Positions 1-13,651 of a stretch of DNA of 64,000 bases are shown piece by piece (position 1 is the first letter of the stretch; each line of letters begins with the position of its first letter). The stretch is from Nemertoderma westbladi (lineage: Eukaryota; Animalia; Xenacoelomorpha): the NCBI GenBank assembly GCA_032718475.1, contig JAUCBJ010008054.1:1331-65330 (forward strand), written 5' to 3'. The notes beneath the pieces were generated by a model, which saw only the letters and a list, made by a program, of their open reading frames with translations, had not been told where the DNA came from and searched no databases. Both the position numbers and the translations under genes were made by a program.

Positions 1-945
1 ACCTGGATCATCAGCCCCCTAATTTGCTGTACCGGCGATCGGTCTGCGTGCCGCAGTGCAAGTTACCCGCCCGCAACGGTGACCCTAGCCAGCGTTGCCC
101 GCTTTGAATCCTCCGCTCTCTCCTAGTCGCCCAACCCCCCGATGCGCCCACCGCCCACTGGCACCTTAGCCCTCCATTACGCTAATAGCTACCGTAGCGG
201 CGCATGCAAATCACAAAGTCTGACAGTTTCAGGAATCCCTTGGGATTATTGCGCAGAAAAGAATCACATAGAACCATCAATCAAAGGTAGAAATCATAGT
301 TCGATTGTAATTTGCAGTAATCGAAGGAATTATTGAGAAACACAAGCAAAGTAATCGCACTAGCAAATCATTCCAAGAAATTAATCAAAATTAGCAAATT
401 GCAGAAAAATACAAAATTAGAGACAGCTCAGCAAGTAAATTGTAACAGGGGTGTATCATGTGACAGATTGATGATAGGCTCTACCGGCACACCGCCAATT
501 TATAGGTGATCCGGATGGGATGATGCAATAGGGTGACTCAATCGCTTTCTTATTGGCTCTCCAGTCCGTGCTAGCACTAGACCAACCTGGAAGCAGCTAG
601 TCCAATAAGGAGGCCGGATTGTAGCCCTATTTGCTCCCTTTCCTCGAATTATTACCATATATGGTAATGGTTCACGTCTCTGGCTGCTGAATGGCCAGGA
701 CGGCGTCCCTATATGCTAGCCCTACTAAAGCTAATATCAGCAAGCACGGAATCCAGGGTCCGAATAAACTTACCCTGGAACTATCTACATATAACCTAAT
801 ACAAAATTACGTAGGTAGAGCTACATACTATACAAAATGAATGGATGCAAAATATATGGGCGTTTTAACTTCCTTACCTAAATACCACTGCGTTATTATG
901 CCTTATCTAAAATATCATGCTGCACAACGGACTAATATTACATAC

Positions 946-1040
946 AGTATAACGGACTAATATTGCATACTGCATAATGGACTAATATTGCATACTGCAT
1001 AATGGACTAATATTGCATACTGCATAATGGACTAATACTG
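946..1040. repeat. 25-bp minisatellite, about 4 copies
   Basis: Unit AATGGACTAATATTGCATACTGCAT repeated head-to-tail. Confidence 0.85.
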
Positions 1041-1113
1041 TGGATACAGCGCCATATACCGTAACAAATTAGGTTGAACGAGCTGTATGCCTCGCAGTTG
1101 ATCATGCTATTTC

Positions 1114-1374
1114 ATGGTCATTATCGTGGAATCAGATCTTCCCCGTAAGAGGTGGCAGACAGGTCGTATCATCGAGACTCATATATCCGATGATGGTTTA
1201 GTGCGATCGGTAGAACTCGTCGTCATGCGACGTAACTTTAAGAAACCTGGAATTGTGTACGAAATGCAACAAATTAATCGCCCGGTTGGTCGTTTATGTT
1301 TACTGGAAAGAGACCGAGAGTTGTCTGGTAACTATGGAAGGCAAGAGAGACTCTTCCCACGACCACCTCCCTAA
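1114..1374 (+). pseudogene. BEL/Pao LTR retrotransposon Pol C-terminus (post-integrase DUF5641-type region), fragment
   Basis: LPRKRWQTGRIIETHISDDGLVRSVEL...RPVGRLCLLE matches the BEL W-x-x-GRI...DGxVR...RPxxxLCxLE motif. Confidence 0.85.
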
Positions 1375-1422
1375 TCCAACAAACATCTAGGGACTCTCCA
1401 ATGTAACAGCGTCTGGAGTGGG

Positions 1423-1840
1423 TGTGTGACCACATTATTTTATTTTTTTTATTTTTATATTTATGTATGTATTATTATGTAATTTCTATTATTATAATCG
1501 TTTTCTTTAATTTTATTTAGTTGAATAATATTTTAATGATTATTCAGTAGATTAGTGCAATATTTCGTGTTTTATTACTTAATTACTTAGTATAATATAT
1601 TTCGTTAACGGCGAGAAATAATTTCATTTTCTCTTTCCTTACTGTCCGTATCATACTATAAATACGTGACTACAGTAAGATGAAATGTCGGTACTTATTA
1701 AAGTACAATATACCGCTCCTACTATACTTAAGTATTATTGGTAAAGTAGAGTATTAGGAATGCAAAGTTCAGATCCTCGTGTCTCGGCTAAACCAAGCTC
1801 TGGGTAGACCTTGGAAACGACTTGCCTCTTCTCACTGACA
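1423..1840 (+). mobile_element. Candidate 3' LTR of the preceding BEL fragment
   Basis: Purine-rich GGAGTGGG (PPT-like) followed by TGT at 1423; TATAAATA near 1658; possible end ...TGACA at 1840; no second LTR to confirm. Confidence 0.45.
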
Positions 1841-2081
1841 TTGCTTCTTGCAATATTGCTCTCTACCGTATCTTAAATAATACATATTATAGTAGAAAGA
1901 TGTCCATTTAACAGTAGCGTTGAAGCGTGCAAAATAAATCTGTTAAACTTTTGACCATCTGAAATTCTAGTCGATTAAGATATCGCGGCACCCACCGATA
2001 TACTTGAAAGACAAATTTCTAGAATCAGTGGTTAACGTCCCCAGACATGTTCTGGAATAAAACTGTGTCTATTTTGATATC

Positions 2082-4483
2082 TGGGGTGGTATGCAATGCA
2101 CCAAGCGATCTAATTAGTCTGAACTAGGTAACCTGTTCTAATTAGAACCAGCTCAGTCTAATCATTATGCACCAACTTTAGACTAGCCTAATTTCTAGTC
2201 GAAATTCGAATAGAAATATTAGATAGCTAATAGGTGTTATTATAGTTTCTGCTCAGCTGCTGATATGTTTCCAATAGTTACGAGCCAAACAATCAGCAGA
2301 TTTGCTATTCTATTCTGTTATTAATAAGGTTGAGTAACGAGGGCAATTAACTTTCGATTTAACGTAAAAACTATTTACCATTAAGGAAGGTCATGGGAAC
2401 AGCTCGCTACCCCCACTATATCGAATATTGAGCATAATTATTTAATGGCTGCTTTTAGGAACAAAGATAATTTGATACCTTTATCACTCAAAATCTCAAA
2501 GTTTATTTAACTTATAGTGCTCAAAATATAAGAATTCGAAAGTAACAGGCTGTTTATTACGGTGGCCAACAACGGACACAGTTAATAAAGAAATAACCTC
2601 AATTCGCGGCATGTTTAGTTTTGCCGTGAAATTCTGCGGCACGTTTAGTTTATGCCGTGAAATTTCACAGCACGTTTAGGTTATGCTGTGAAATTTCACA
2701 GAACGTTTAGTTTATGCCGTGAGATTATATCTCTGAGCGGTGCATACATTTTGGAACGAAAACTACAAGAATCGATAGAGGAAAACTCTTAGGAAACCTC
2801 TACCTCTAACCTTTAATAATCAAAATAAAAACTGAAATCGAATGCCCAGAAAAATCTGCTTAAGCTTAACCCTTTGAGCCCTAAGGACGTATATATACGT
2901 CCTCAACAGTGTCCTAAGGACGTATATATACGTCCTGGTGTTAATTGCTGCCAATGGGGATGATTCAAGTTTAGGTTATTCTAGCAGTGTTTATCCATCG
3001 CTTAGGACACTATACTATCCGTTTTAGTTAAAAAATAGTGATCTGGTGATTGAGTTAGAGGTTGGAATTCAACCAATCAGTGATGAGCTCCTTTTCAGAG
3101 AAAGCAGGCTGCTTATTGAAAGCAGATTGATTGTACCTTGTACTGTACAGTAGGATATGGCAGAGGTTTGAATGAGTAGCCCTTGAGAATTCCAACCAAT
3201 CAGAGTTTATTTCCCTGTCAAGCTTTCCACTGTAATAATCTACTTTGTAAATAAATAAATACATGACTGAAAAGTGAAAAATGAAAAGTGAAAACCTGGT
3301 ATTCTTCATATTGGTGAATTACGTAATTGTATTTCGTAAATAGAATAATGGGTATGATGATTGTTCCTGTACTAGCATCCTGGTGGATTATTGTGGTAAT
3401 TCTGCAATAATGAAGCTATATTGCATTTTAGTATTACAATAATTATTCATTTATATTTATCATTCATTCACAGTTTAGGGCTCCAGGGCTCTGCCTTGAT
3501 AAATGCTTTGCAGATTATCATAAATAAGTAATATAGATTATACCGGTACCATAAATAGACCATGAAATATAATAATATATATGATATAGTTCAGAAAAAT
3601 AAATATTTTTTTCATTTTTTAATTTTCAAAATTTTTTTTTTTTAATTAAAAAAAAATTTTAATTAAATTTTTTTTTTTTATTTTTAAAAATTTAATTTTT
3701 TTTAATTAAAAAAATATGAAGAATATCAATCATGACACCTTTTAAGATAAAAGTCAAATCATTTTAAAAATGTGTCATAACTTCTAGATGATTGGCAATG
3801 CCGTAAATGTGTTTTAAAGTTCGCTTAATTTTTAGGTTCTGGGGGGCTATTTAAAAAAGGGCCTAGTAACCAAAGGGTTAAAAAAACAAATTTTGAAAAC
3901 AAAAACCAGGAATATTGAGGAATAATTTGATCAATTTATGAAAGATAAAGGGGCATAAATAGCGCCAGAATTTTAGAATGTTTTCAAAACTACTGTCTGC
4001 CACACATAGTATCAACATTCTGTTCATATTTTAGTCATTTTTCGAAGGTATTTATTCAACTAAAACCACGAATAGCAAAAATCCCCATTCAAATATCTTA
4101 ATTTATTCGCAAAAAATGTGACAAATTTCTGATTATGCCCTTACTGTATATGCAAGCCATATACAATGAAGAAACCAGCACCACACAACACAATACCAGC
4201 AGAGTACTGTAGTATTAATTAAGGTAACATCCATACAGTGCTAGACAGATAGCCAATGATAAATCTTTAAAAGAAATGCTGATCTGTGATTGGATTTGAT
4301 ACAATTGGAGCTAATCATTGTATTGGTTCTTCCAGTCTAATCTAATTAGACTGAACTAGGAATAGAATAGACTGGAAAATGTTGGTGCATATAGAAATTA
4401 GACTGATCTAACTCTAGACTGAGTCTACACTAATTAGTGAACTAATTAAACTCATTCTATTCTAAATTGGTGCATATCACCCC
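2082..4483. mobile_element. Non-autonomous DNA transposon (Harbinger-like MITE) with nested insertions
   Basis: Left TGGGGTGGTATGCA..TGCACCAA and right TTGGTGCATATCACCCCA are inverted; both ends share CTAATTAG/AGACTGAACTAG subterminal motifs. Confidence 0.5.
2870..3877. mobile_element. Non-autonomous piggyBac-like element
   Basis: TTAA-CCCTTTG ... CAAAGGG-TTAA termini (TTAA at 2866-2869 and 3878-3881); duplicated subterminal palindrome AGGACGTATATATACGTCCT. Confidence 0.75.
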
Positions 4484-5265
4484 AAATAATAAAATTCACT
4501 GGAATAAAATTTTAAATTCATATCCTCTCATGAATTTAATAAATTGTCATTTTATACAATTTATAAACATTCCCAAAATTCCGTTAATTAATAGATCATG
4601 GGAGCGGAGATTCACCCTATTAAGTATATCAGTGTGAGAGAATCTCCAGTGTGCAGTCAATAGCCGATAAAATTCAGAAAATCATGTATAAGGGGAATAT
4701 TGACAATTAAAGAGTCACTATTAAATAGCATCCCAGATCTGTATGCATGAGAAATACCCAAATTCTACGGCTAGTTTTGCATAATGTCACCATAGTAACA
4801 ACCACGCTAGAATTAGAAGTGAGTTAAAAGAACAATAGAAAGCTTGCCACATTGAATAGCATGCGTAATAAATAGAACTTGCTAGTATCTAGGGATACAT
4901 AATAATAACGTGGCATTCTGGAAGGCATTTGACTCATGGACAAATGGCCCTAATTTGTAAAAATTGTGGCAGGAATGTGGAATTTGTGTATTTATAGGTG
5001 AATGTTACTACTAAAGTGTGTTTACAGTAGCGAGTCGCAGTTGTGAAAGTTATCCTGCATCTGTAGCAAGTACCTCCAGTATATTCCAGCCCTTGGGACG
5101 GACAGTGGAGTGACTCGCGCTGGTTATTGTTGTCGTTGTGTAGCTACTATGTTGGCGTGAGGCACAGCGATGACAGTACATCAGCGCTGAGGATCTCAGG
5201 GCTGTCCGGGGGCATAGAGGGGAAGGCAGCAACACCCGCTAGCCTTATTATTATTAACTATAATA

Positions 5266-7500
5266 TTGATAAACTCATATAGCAGCTATGACGAGTTGAT
5301 AGATGATGATCTTGGTATCAGGGAGCGATATACCCTACCACTGCAAGCGTTTGTTGATAGTTTGATAAGCGGCAACGCGAATCAACACACGACGGAAGAC
5401 GATGGCCGTTATATCGAACTGCCAATGTCAAAGGAACAGCTCAAGCGTGAATTGGACTATAGAAAATTCACCGCTCGCTATACGCATCGTAATGGCACGT
5501 ATAAGGATTTCTTAACTACTGGTCATCCTATCGATTTACACGATACGGACGATGTAGACACCGAAAGGGAAATGATTCTATTTAAATATCATGCCCAGTG
5601 GAGTTGGAATGATAAACTGAGAATTGAACATGAAAATTCTATTCGAAACTGACTCGAAAGAGAATATGTTGAAGAACCGGATAAACGTAGTGACTTCAAC
5701 GAATATTTAGAATTCTTGAGAGAAACTTATCTCAATGTAGCTAGTTAACAAAATCTAGAAACTCGATATCCTCAAGGTATACATCATAACCCTATGATAG
5801 AACTCAAACGACTCTATTTTACTATGATGTATCTTACCGACAATCAACCGCTACCTGTTGTACCGGATAGCTTCGAACAGATGGAGGAATATTGTTAAAC
5901 TGGAGAAAGATCACCAGCGTTTCCCTTACAAGACGTGCGTCTTTGGTATTACTGCGGTGAATGCCCTAGACCCAATCAACAAACAGAGAGACATAAACAT
6001 CCGCGGAGACGTTGCACTAAACACAGTTTTACTCACTATACTTACGGGAGTTTTGAGCATAACTTGTTCGACGTATCACCTACGCTCGCTCGACTCAAAC
6101 GATCCTTAAATAAACCTATGATCAGAGTTCCGGAATGCTTGGTCAGACCTCCTCATTCCCTGGTGCGACCTCAGACTCTCTATCCTAATAGTATGATGGA
6201 TCCTCCTGAGTTGTACTCATTGTTCAAAGATCTAGTGTTACCCAAACAATTAGTCGGTGGCACTCCGGTTGTGGGCGCTCTAGATATTTGCCCCTCCTAC
6301 CTAGCCGGATTGGACATCTAATATCTCCATTCAACCCGTATAATCATCCCGGTTTAACTCCGATACAACCTGTCACCGAGGTGGAGGAAAGCATTGTACG
6401 AAACGCGCTAGATGCTATTCGGCAAAAGATCGGAAAAGGAACCTAAGATTGTTTAGACAAACGTAAATTGCAACAACAAGTCCAAGCGGTAAAAGAATTA
6501 GCTTTACCCCAGTTCGATCGTGAAATCCAGAATCTTGAGGAAGATATCGAACTTGGACGAACATACTCTCTACAAGAGTTCTTGGACGAACGCTTCCAAC
6601 GACAAGCGGAGGAGAATCAGCTCGAGGAGAAGCATATCGAAATGGATGAGTGAGAAGAGGCAGCTTTAGCCCAACCTGAAGCTCAAATACTTATGACTGA
6701 TCTCTATTCCAAAACCATCATTCATCCTTCGATGGTTCCCCATTTCGGAGATAAACTCTTCGCTACAGCACAACCCCAACCGGTTGATATCAACTTAAGA
6801 TCTAGAGATCTTATCGCTGACGCTCCTATGTTACAGCGTCCACCAATCGAGGCCGCTCGTGTCGACGGTATACTCATTGAACCTCCGGACAATCGAGCGG
6901 ATCTTGTCCGTCGTATGGTACACGAGGTCAACCTACGCGCTAGACCTTTACCGAACTCATTTTACAGGATCAAAGATCACCCCAATTATGTCCATTTAAC
7001 TCAATATTATATGGTGAAACCGGAAGATCCTACACATAGTTTAAAGTTTCTACAATTAATAAACCCCCTCGATTTGGTTGAACTCAAACAACTACAAAAA
7101 CATTTAGATTAATTGGTTAAAGTAAACTAATTCAGAAAACCTTATAATGTTTCAAGAATAGAAAAGGACGTAATACCTCCGTATAATCTCGATGGATTTA
7201 TATGAATTTATATGTATTGTTCAAGGAATAAAGAATACGTTGACTTGTTCATAAACTCACATCCTGAGTTACAAGAAGTTCATAGATGACCATATGAATA
7301 TAAAGCCAGAGAACGCGAATTAGAGAGAACAATCAAACCGAGGAAATTTCTCACTACACACGGTCAACCTACCGCTGTTGGGCAAACGACCCATCAAGGA
7401 CCAGTAAGAGCTGCTGTCCTGAACGAGCTCTAAAGGTTGTTTGCCCTCGTTCCACCGATGTTGACATCGATCAACTGGGTACCTCGACCGGCGGATACCC
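5266..7500 (+). pseudogene. Degraded long ORF of unknown function, probably a 3' accessory ORF of an LTR retrotransposon
   Basis: Chain of same-strand ORF fragments with coding-like composition, broken by stops and frameshifts; lies just upstream of a PPT-TGT LTR candidate. Confidence 0.45.
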
Positions 7501-7713
7501 CGACCGTAATCCAAAACCTTCTGATGCAATCGTATTGCACCCTTCCCCCAGGAGTTATAGCCCTCCTAGTAAAGTGGCGCGCCCCAAAGAGAAAAAGACA
7601 CTTATTAGTCTCAAAAAACTTCGTAAATGCTGTTCACGAAAGAAGTGTTTTTGTATTTTAGAAACTGTGATTTTTTATACTTTATAGACTTAAATCCCAT
7701 TTTCTGGGAGCGG

Positions 7714-8730
7714 TGTAAAAGCTTTTGCGGACATAACAAGTCATTTTTATACAATGCGCGGAATACTCTAAAATAGCCCTAAAATTGTTCAACTACGCGT
7801 CGGACAGAAATTAGAACCAAGATGACGAAATCTGTCAGCTGATTCTTTGTGTACGTGGAGATTCCTTTGTTTGAGCTTATTCGGCCAATCAGAGCAATCT
7901 TTCCAGTTATGCCAGTAGAGACCTACCTGAGGAAACTGGCGCATACGCTTAGTTATGGTTTTTTCTGAGAATTAGATTCCTCTCAGAATTCTGTACTGAG
8001 TACGGTCGTTTTCAGACTTTGGCCCAAGAACATCTGATGGCCTTAGTTATAAGAACGTAAATCTATTACCATGTCATACCACATCATCCGATGCATTGCA
8101 CTAAACATAACTTACCTGGAACACATACTGACTGTTCACCGTACTGTTTTAATGCTGTTTTATATTGTGTTAATTGCTGTTTATATTAATGGATGTTATA
8201 TTTGGAGAATACCGATAAATAATCGTAAACCCCTCAACTTTCTTGATTACTGAGGTAAGCAGAGGAAGGGTCTACTGGTAGCAACTGTGACTCAAATTAT
8301 AGTGGTTTTGGGTGAATTAAATGCTATTTCATAATCCCTGCGTGTGTCAGTTGCAATCCTCCTTATATACGATCAAAATCAGTGACGGTTGGCAAATTAG
8401 TGTGAATTAGTGTGTAGTAGTGTGAAATCATATGAAGGTTAATAAAGCATCTCCTAAAGAGTGCGCTATTTACGAAACTCCGTAGCCATCTAGTTGTGAT
8501 TAGTGTAAGTCATAACTCTGTTTTATACTTAAAGCGCCATGTTCTAAAGGAACTGTTAATATTTCCCTGAAAGTAAATATAGTTGTCTAGAGATTATATA
8601 GTAGCAATCAATCGAATGATACAAAGTAGCCTACACCGCAATAACTTCCTAGGGAACCCGAATCCAGTCTTCCACACCCTGCGTCATACGCCGCGCACGG
8701 ACTGGCTTCAGCGGATGTAAATTCAGTACA
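7714..8730 (+). mobile_element. Candidate 3' LTR (about 1 kb)
   Basis: GGGAGCGG directly before TGTAAAAG; internal TATA-like (about 8363) and AATAAA (8441); ends ...AGTACA, giving TGTA/TACA termini. Confidence 0.45.
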
Positions 8731-9270
8731 CCAGGTAATTGGTAAGGGCTAAAGTCGATTCATAATTAAAAGGACATTTAAATTGGCAGGTTAAACTGCT
8801 AAAGGTCTAAAAGCACGAACAATAATGACCTTGTCGAACTATTGAACGAACTGAAAAAAGTTATTACTGAAGAAAAGATATTACTCGGAAACTAAACGGG
8901 TTTGTGCTTAAAGCATATGTGTATGTATTTGTACTAATTCTCAACAGTTCCCGTGCATACCATATGCTACGGGAAGTTGTCGAAATTGGTATGTTGTACC
9001 TATTTTGACCAATTTCCATAGCATACGGTATGCTACGGCAATTCCAATATTTTGAGTTATAATGGCTCAACGGTGTAGTGGTTAACAGTGTTACAAAGGT
9101 AAAAGACCGTAAGTGCCTTAATTAAGTCAACAAGACTTGTGGTTTTGTGTCATTGCATAAATGATAAGAAATTATACAGTTTTATTGAAATTTGTGTGTT
9201 TTAACTTGCGGTTTTTAAGTTTATTCAAACTTTAAATATTACATAATGAGCTCAGTAATTAGAAGAGGAT

Positions 9271-9540
9271 GTGGGGAGAGCCACGAGGGCCGACTGTCAT
9301 GTGGGGGTGGGCCGTGCCCACAGTTTAGTATGGACCCGATCGGCAATGTCAATCTATCCGTCTGATACTATCGGGTCCCACAGTCAGTCACTCATAGACA
9401 ATCGATCTAAATTCCGGTCTGCAGTACGGAACTGGGGAACTAAATTGGACTCAGAGGGGCAACGTTTCACCTGCCCCCATTGCAACAAAAAATATACTTC
9501 AGTGTTGTGGTTCAACCGTCATTGTGCGAAGTGCAACTAG
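9271..9540 (+). pseudogene. C2HC/C2H2 zinc-finger fragment, possibly the 5' end of an RLE-type (R2/NeSL-like) non-LTR element
   Basis: FTCPHCNKKYTSVLWFNRHCAKC; no downstream RT visible. Confidence 0.35.
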
Positions 9541-9576
9541 CTAGACCCTAACTCATTCGTGGGTGTGTAGGGAATA

Positions 9577-12250
9577 TTAATACCGGTTCCTGAATGATAT
9601 CGATATCTCCGTACCTGAACTGGACGTCCCAAAAGTATCTCTCATAGTCGGCATGGACTGCCCGACGGCCCACGAGAGACTACAGACCATATTCTGAAAG
9701 GATAGGGAGCGAGACCCGATGGCGATTCTCACGCCATTTGGATGGACACTCAGCGGCCCAATTAAGACCAGAATTCCGTTTAGCGTGTCGGAATCCTCAG
9801 GGTGCATGTTCACTGGCACAATGAAAGAAATGGAGGACGAAGGAGCAGAGGAGCAACTCAAGAGGCTGCTGCAGCAGGATTTCGAGGGGTTGAAGGAGAC
9901 CGGGGTCGGGACCTCGGTGGAGGATAAGCAGGCTCTGAAGAGCATGAAGAACTCAATGAAGTGTGAAGGAGGGCGGTATACCATAGGGATGGTATGGAAA
10001 CAACCGAAGTTACTGCTACCAGAAAACAAAAGGATGGTCTTGACGAGGCTTCGAAAGTTGTAACGAACACTCAAACGGAGCCCTGAAAAGTATGAATATA
10101 TCCACAAGACGATCTAGAAGTATGTGGATAGGGGGTGGGCCGTGGAGTTACCGGTCGATGAACCAAACATGAACAGGACCTACTATTTGCCACTGCATGT
10201 GGCTTTGGACCCTAAGAAGGGCAAACTCCGGATGGTGGTTGACGCGTCGGCCAAGACTAACAGCAAGAGCTTGAATGACTACCTGCTGGAAGGCCCCAAC
10301 ATTTACAACTCGGGGATAGAGGTCCTGTTGAGATTCAGAAACTGGAAGCCAGCCTTTATGTGCGATATAGAAGGCATGTTCGACCAGGGCCGAGTGACGG
10401 AAGAGGACAGCGATAGTCAGCGCTTCCTGTGGTACAATGGCGACGAGGAACCGTCGGAGATACCGATGTACAAGATGGTAGTGCAGAACATGGGGGCCAA
10501 ATCGTCCTCATTCATAATGACTACAGCTGTGAGAGACACAGTGGAGGATAAGAAGGGAGAATACAGTGGGAATACAGTACGTCGACATGATTCGATGCGG
10601 ATTCTATGTGGATGATGGGATGGGATCTGGAAACACAGTTGAAGAAATACTCGAGATAGGAGGTGAAGTTCGCGACATCCTAAAAGGATCCGGGTTCAAC
10701 CTCACAAAATTCCAGTCCAATTCCAAGAAATTTATGGAGGCCATAGAAAATAAACGACCAGAGACAACGATGGACAACCCCACAATGGCAAAGGGACAGA
10801 TTATGGTGGATAAGAGGATGGAGCCATAGCAGAAGGCACTAGGGATCGTATGGAACCGGGAGACGGATGAGTTGGAGTATCAACTAAGTCAAGAGGGTGC
10901 CGAAATCCATACCAAATGAGGCTATGTGTCGTACATAGCGAGTATATACGACCCCCTAGGCCTGGCATCCCCACTGTTAGTCACGGGGAAACAAATACTA
11001 AAGAAGGTGCATAAGTTGAAGGATGATTGTGATGCGGAGATCCCGGAGGAGATAAGTAGACAATGGAGCAAGTGGACAGGAAGCCCAGAGGAGATGGGGA
11101 CTTACAGTATGCCACGTGTATACTTCCCAGACGGAGACATGACCGATCTGGACCTACATATGTTTTCTGACGCATCCTTGGAAGCATATGGAGCAGCACT
11201 TTATTTGGTACAGCAGAATGGGGATCATAAGCCCAGGCTTGCGTTTAGTAAAGCGAAGTCGATGCCACCAGATTCAGCATCGGTACCGAAACTCGAGCTA
11301 ATGGCTGAGAGATTAGGAGTAAGGGTGACAGCATACTTGATGGACACTATACCCAGCATAGTGGAGACGCACTACTGGACGGATTCCATGGTAGTGTTAG
11401 GGTGGCTACACAACGAGAAGACACGTTACCCTGTATTTGTGGCGAACAGGGTAGACGAGATAAGGGCAACAACTGATCTGGAGAAGTGGCGCTACTGCCC
11501 AACCGACGACAACCCAGCAGATCTGCTATCGAGGGGCATTCTACGCCACGCTTTCTCGAGAAAGCAGGAGTTGTGGCAGCATGGGCCACCTTCCTTAATG
11601 ATAAGTTGAGTTGGCCACCAATGAGGAAGATAAACCCAGGTGCGGAGGAAGTAGCAGTAGAGCAGGAGGGATAGGAGTCGGATGGGGAAGAAATATACAG
11701 CCAATTGGCAAGGGAGATTAAGGAGGCGCCACCGAAACCGAGAGAACCATGCGACAACCCAACGGATAGGTTGCTCAGCTGGTATAAGACTAAAAAGTTG
11801 GTAGCATATTTGAGGGCCTATGGGGATTTCCTCAGGGGAGTTGGTAAGGATACCAAAACGAGACCCACTATCGATCTGGAAGGGGCGGCCAAAGCCGTGA
11901 TATGACACGAGCAAAGGAAGGGGTACGCGGATGAAGTAAACAGAGTCAGCAAGAAACAGCGCCTTCGTCAAGACAGCGAACTCAACGAGCTGCCGCCGCA
12001 ATTGGACGATGACAGGATCCTGGTGATGAATTCCAGGGTGGTAAACAACGACAGCCCAGTTATTCCACCGAAACCGATAATAATCCCCAACAAGTCACCA
12101 ATAGTCCACCAGATCATATGGGATTCCCATAAATCTATACTACATGGGGGTACAAATCAGACCCTGACGGAGATACGGAACACGTTCTGGGTTATCCAAC
12201 TCAGAAAGATGGTGAAGGTGGTAGTGGGGCAGTGCCAGACCTGCCGATGG
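9577..12250 (+). mobile_element. BEL/Pao pol pseudogene (post-protease region, RT, RNase H, integrase N-terminus)
   Basis: TPFGWTLSGP; YYLPLH...KLRMVVDASAK...SLNDYLLEGPN; CDIEGMF; FYVDD; YDPLG; HMFSDASLEAYGA; PKLEL; WTDS; NPADLLSRG; integrase H..HGG..CQTC. Several stops and frameshifts; the integrase core is deleted. Confidence 0.93.
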
Positions 12251-12996
12251 ACGAAGTCATGGGTGGAAAACAAGGAGGAAAGGGACACGGTGGATCAACC
12301 GGGTTACCGGGTTCGGATCCACTCCCGGCAGGAGAGGAAGAAGAGGGCGAGTTTGGGGCGATGCCACCGATAGAGAGGATTGCAGCCCCAGCGGGGGAAG
12401 AGGAGGAGGACGAGTTCGGGGCGATGCCGCCGATAGCGAGGATCGGCCACTCAGATGCAGACTGGGTGGGCAGGAGGGTGGTGACAGCCAGCGGGGCGAG
12501 AGCCTTCTGGGACAAACCCAGTAAGCGGGCCTGGGAGCACGGGGAGCCGGCAATGGATTTCGCAGCGAGTACGATCAGGTTGGGCGAGCAACCCGGAACA
12601 GCACCACGGGTAGAGTTTGGGGAAACAATGCCGAGGGTGGAGGAGGACATCGACATGGGTAGGGAGGACAGCGTTCAGATGTTTGCCTACCAGCTGCTCC
12701 ATAGACCCAGGAGGCCACGCGGAGCCAAGGACGACTTGGGGTGGGACACACTGGTACACTGTTGCGATTACTGTGGGAGACTTACCCACCAGCAAAAGAA
12801 CTATCTGTACCGTTTCCAGAAGGGGACGGCGTGTCTCTACTGCCGCGAGTCGACCCATAAGATGGGTGGATGTCCAAGGTTGCACAACCGATGCTCGAAG
12901 TGTAAGTTCCGGGGCCACATTGAGCGCCAGTGCGATTGGGTGGATGACGAGGAGAAGTTCCGGATCTTCGAGGAGTGCAATTATCAACTGCTGTGA
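12250..12996 (+). CDS. BEL-associated 3' accessory ORF with three CCHC-like zinc knuckles (5' truncated)
   Basis: CDYCGRLTH / CLYCRESTHKMGGC / CSKCKFRGHIERQC; follows the integrase after a deletion junction; same purine-rich composition as the pol. Confidence 0.55.
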   Translation, partial: DEVMGGKQGGKGHGGSTGLPGSDPLPAGEEEEGEFGAMPPIERIAAPAGEEEEDEFGAMPPIARIGHSDADWVGRRVVTASGARAFWDKPSKRAWEHGEPAMDFAASTIRLGEQPGTAPRVEFGETMPRVEEDIDMGREDSVQMFAYQLLHRPRRPRGAKDDLGWDTLVHCCDYCGRLTHQQKNYLYRFQKGTACLYCRESTHKMGGCPRLHNRCSKCKFRGHIERQCDWVDDEEKFRIFEECNYQLL

Positions 12997-13651
12997 TTTA
13001 TCAACACTGACAATCTAACTCTTTATTTTCAACGGCCTTCGGCCTAACATATCCAGCAATCAGCCAGCAGCTTACGAACGCGACGACGCGTACAGTCTAC
13101 ACCGGTCGGGAGCTGATACTGTCAACTCCATCAGTCCCGTCACAGTTTGCCGGATATTCAATTGATGTGTACCGCCTTCTGGCAAAGCGGCACCCAGTTT
13201 AAGCTATCAATCACAGCTAGCGAGTAGCGACCCACGAACGGCGACCTTCAAACAAACAGGTGCAGAGCCGGAAATAACTGTCGTAGGCTTTGCTTGGCTT
13301 GTGGTACCATTTGATTACATAATAGATTTTGGCAGACTGGGCGGTCGCTCTGACAATATGTATTGCGCACCAACAATGCCTAAAACATCTATGGGAACAG
13401 CCAATTAGTGCGCTCGAATCATTTCTATTTATTCCTGCCTCTATCTTTATTCTTTACTTTGTATAACACAATTTACAGTGCGGCAAAGAAGGGCTGGTTG
13501 ACCATTGAAATAAATGCATTGGTAAAGGAATTCGGCGTTCACATTCCTAAGGCCCTGTGGGCTAAACAAATTTAAACAGTACTATACATTAATATAGATA
13601 GGGCAACAGACAAACTGTCTAAGACACATTCCGATAGCCCGCAATTATGGC

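Noticed and set aside
1-930. LTR/DIRS-like terminal region
   Set aside because: Promoter-like motifs only; no PBS, partner repeat or recognisable ORF within the window
9577-12987. Minus-strand ORFs over the BEL element
   Set aside because: Antisense shadows of a purine-rich coding strand with no motifs
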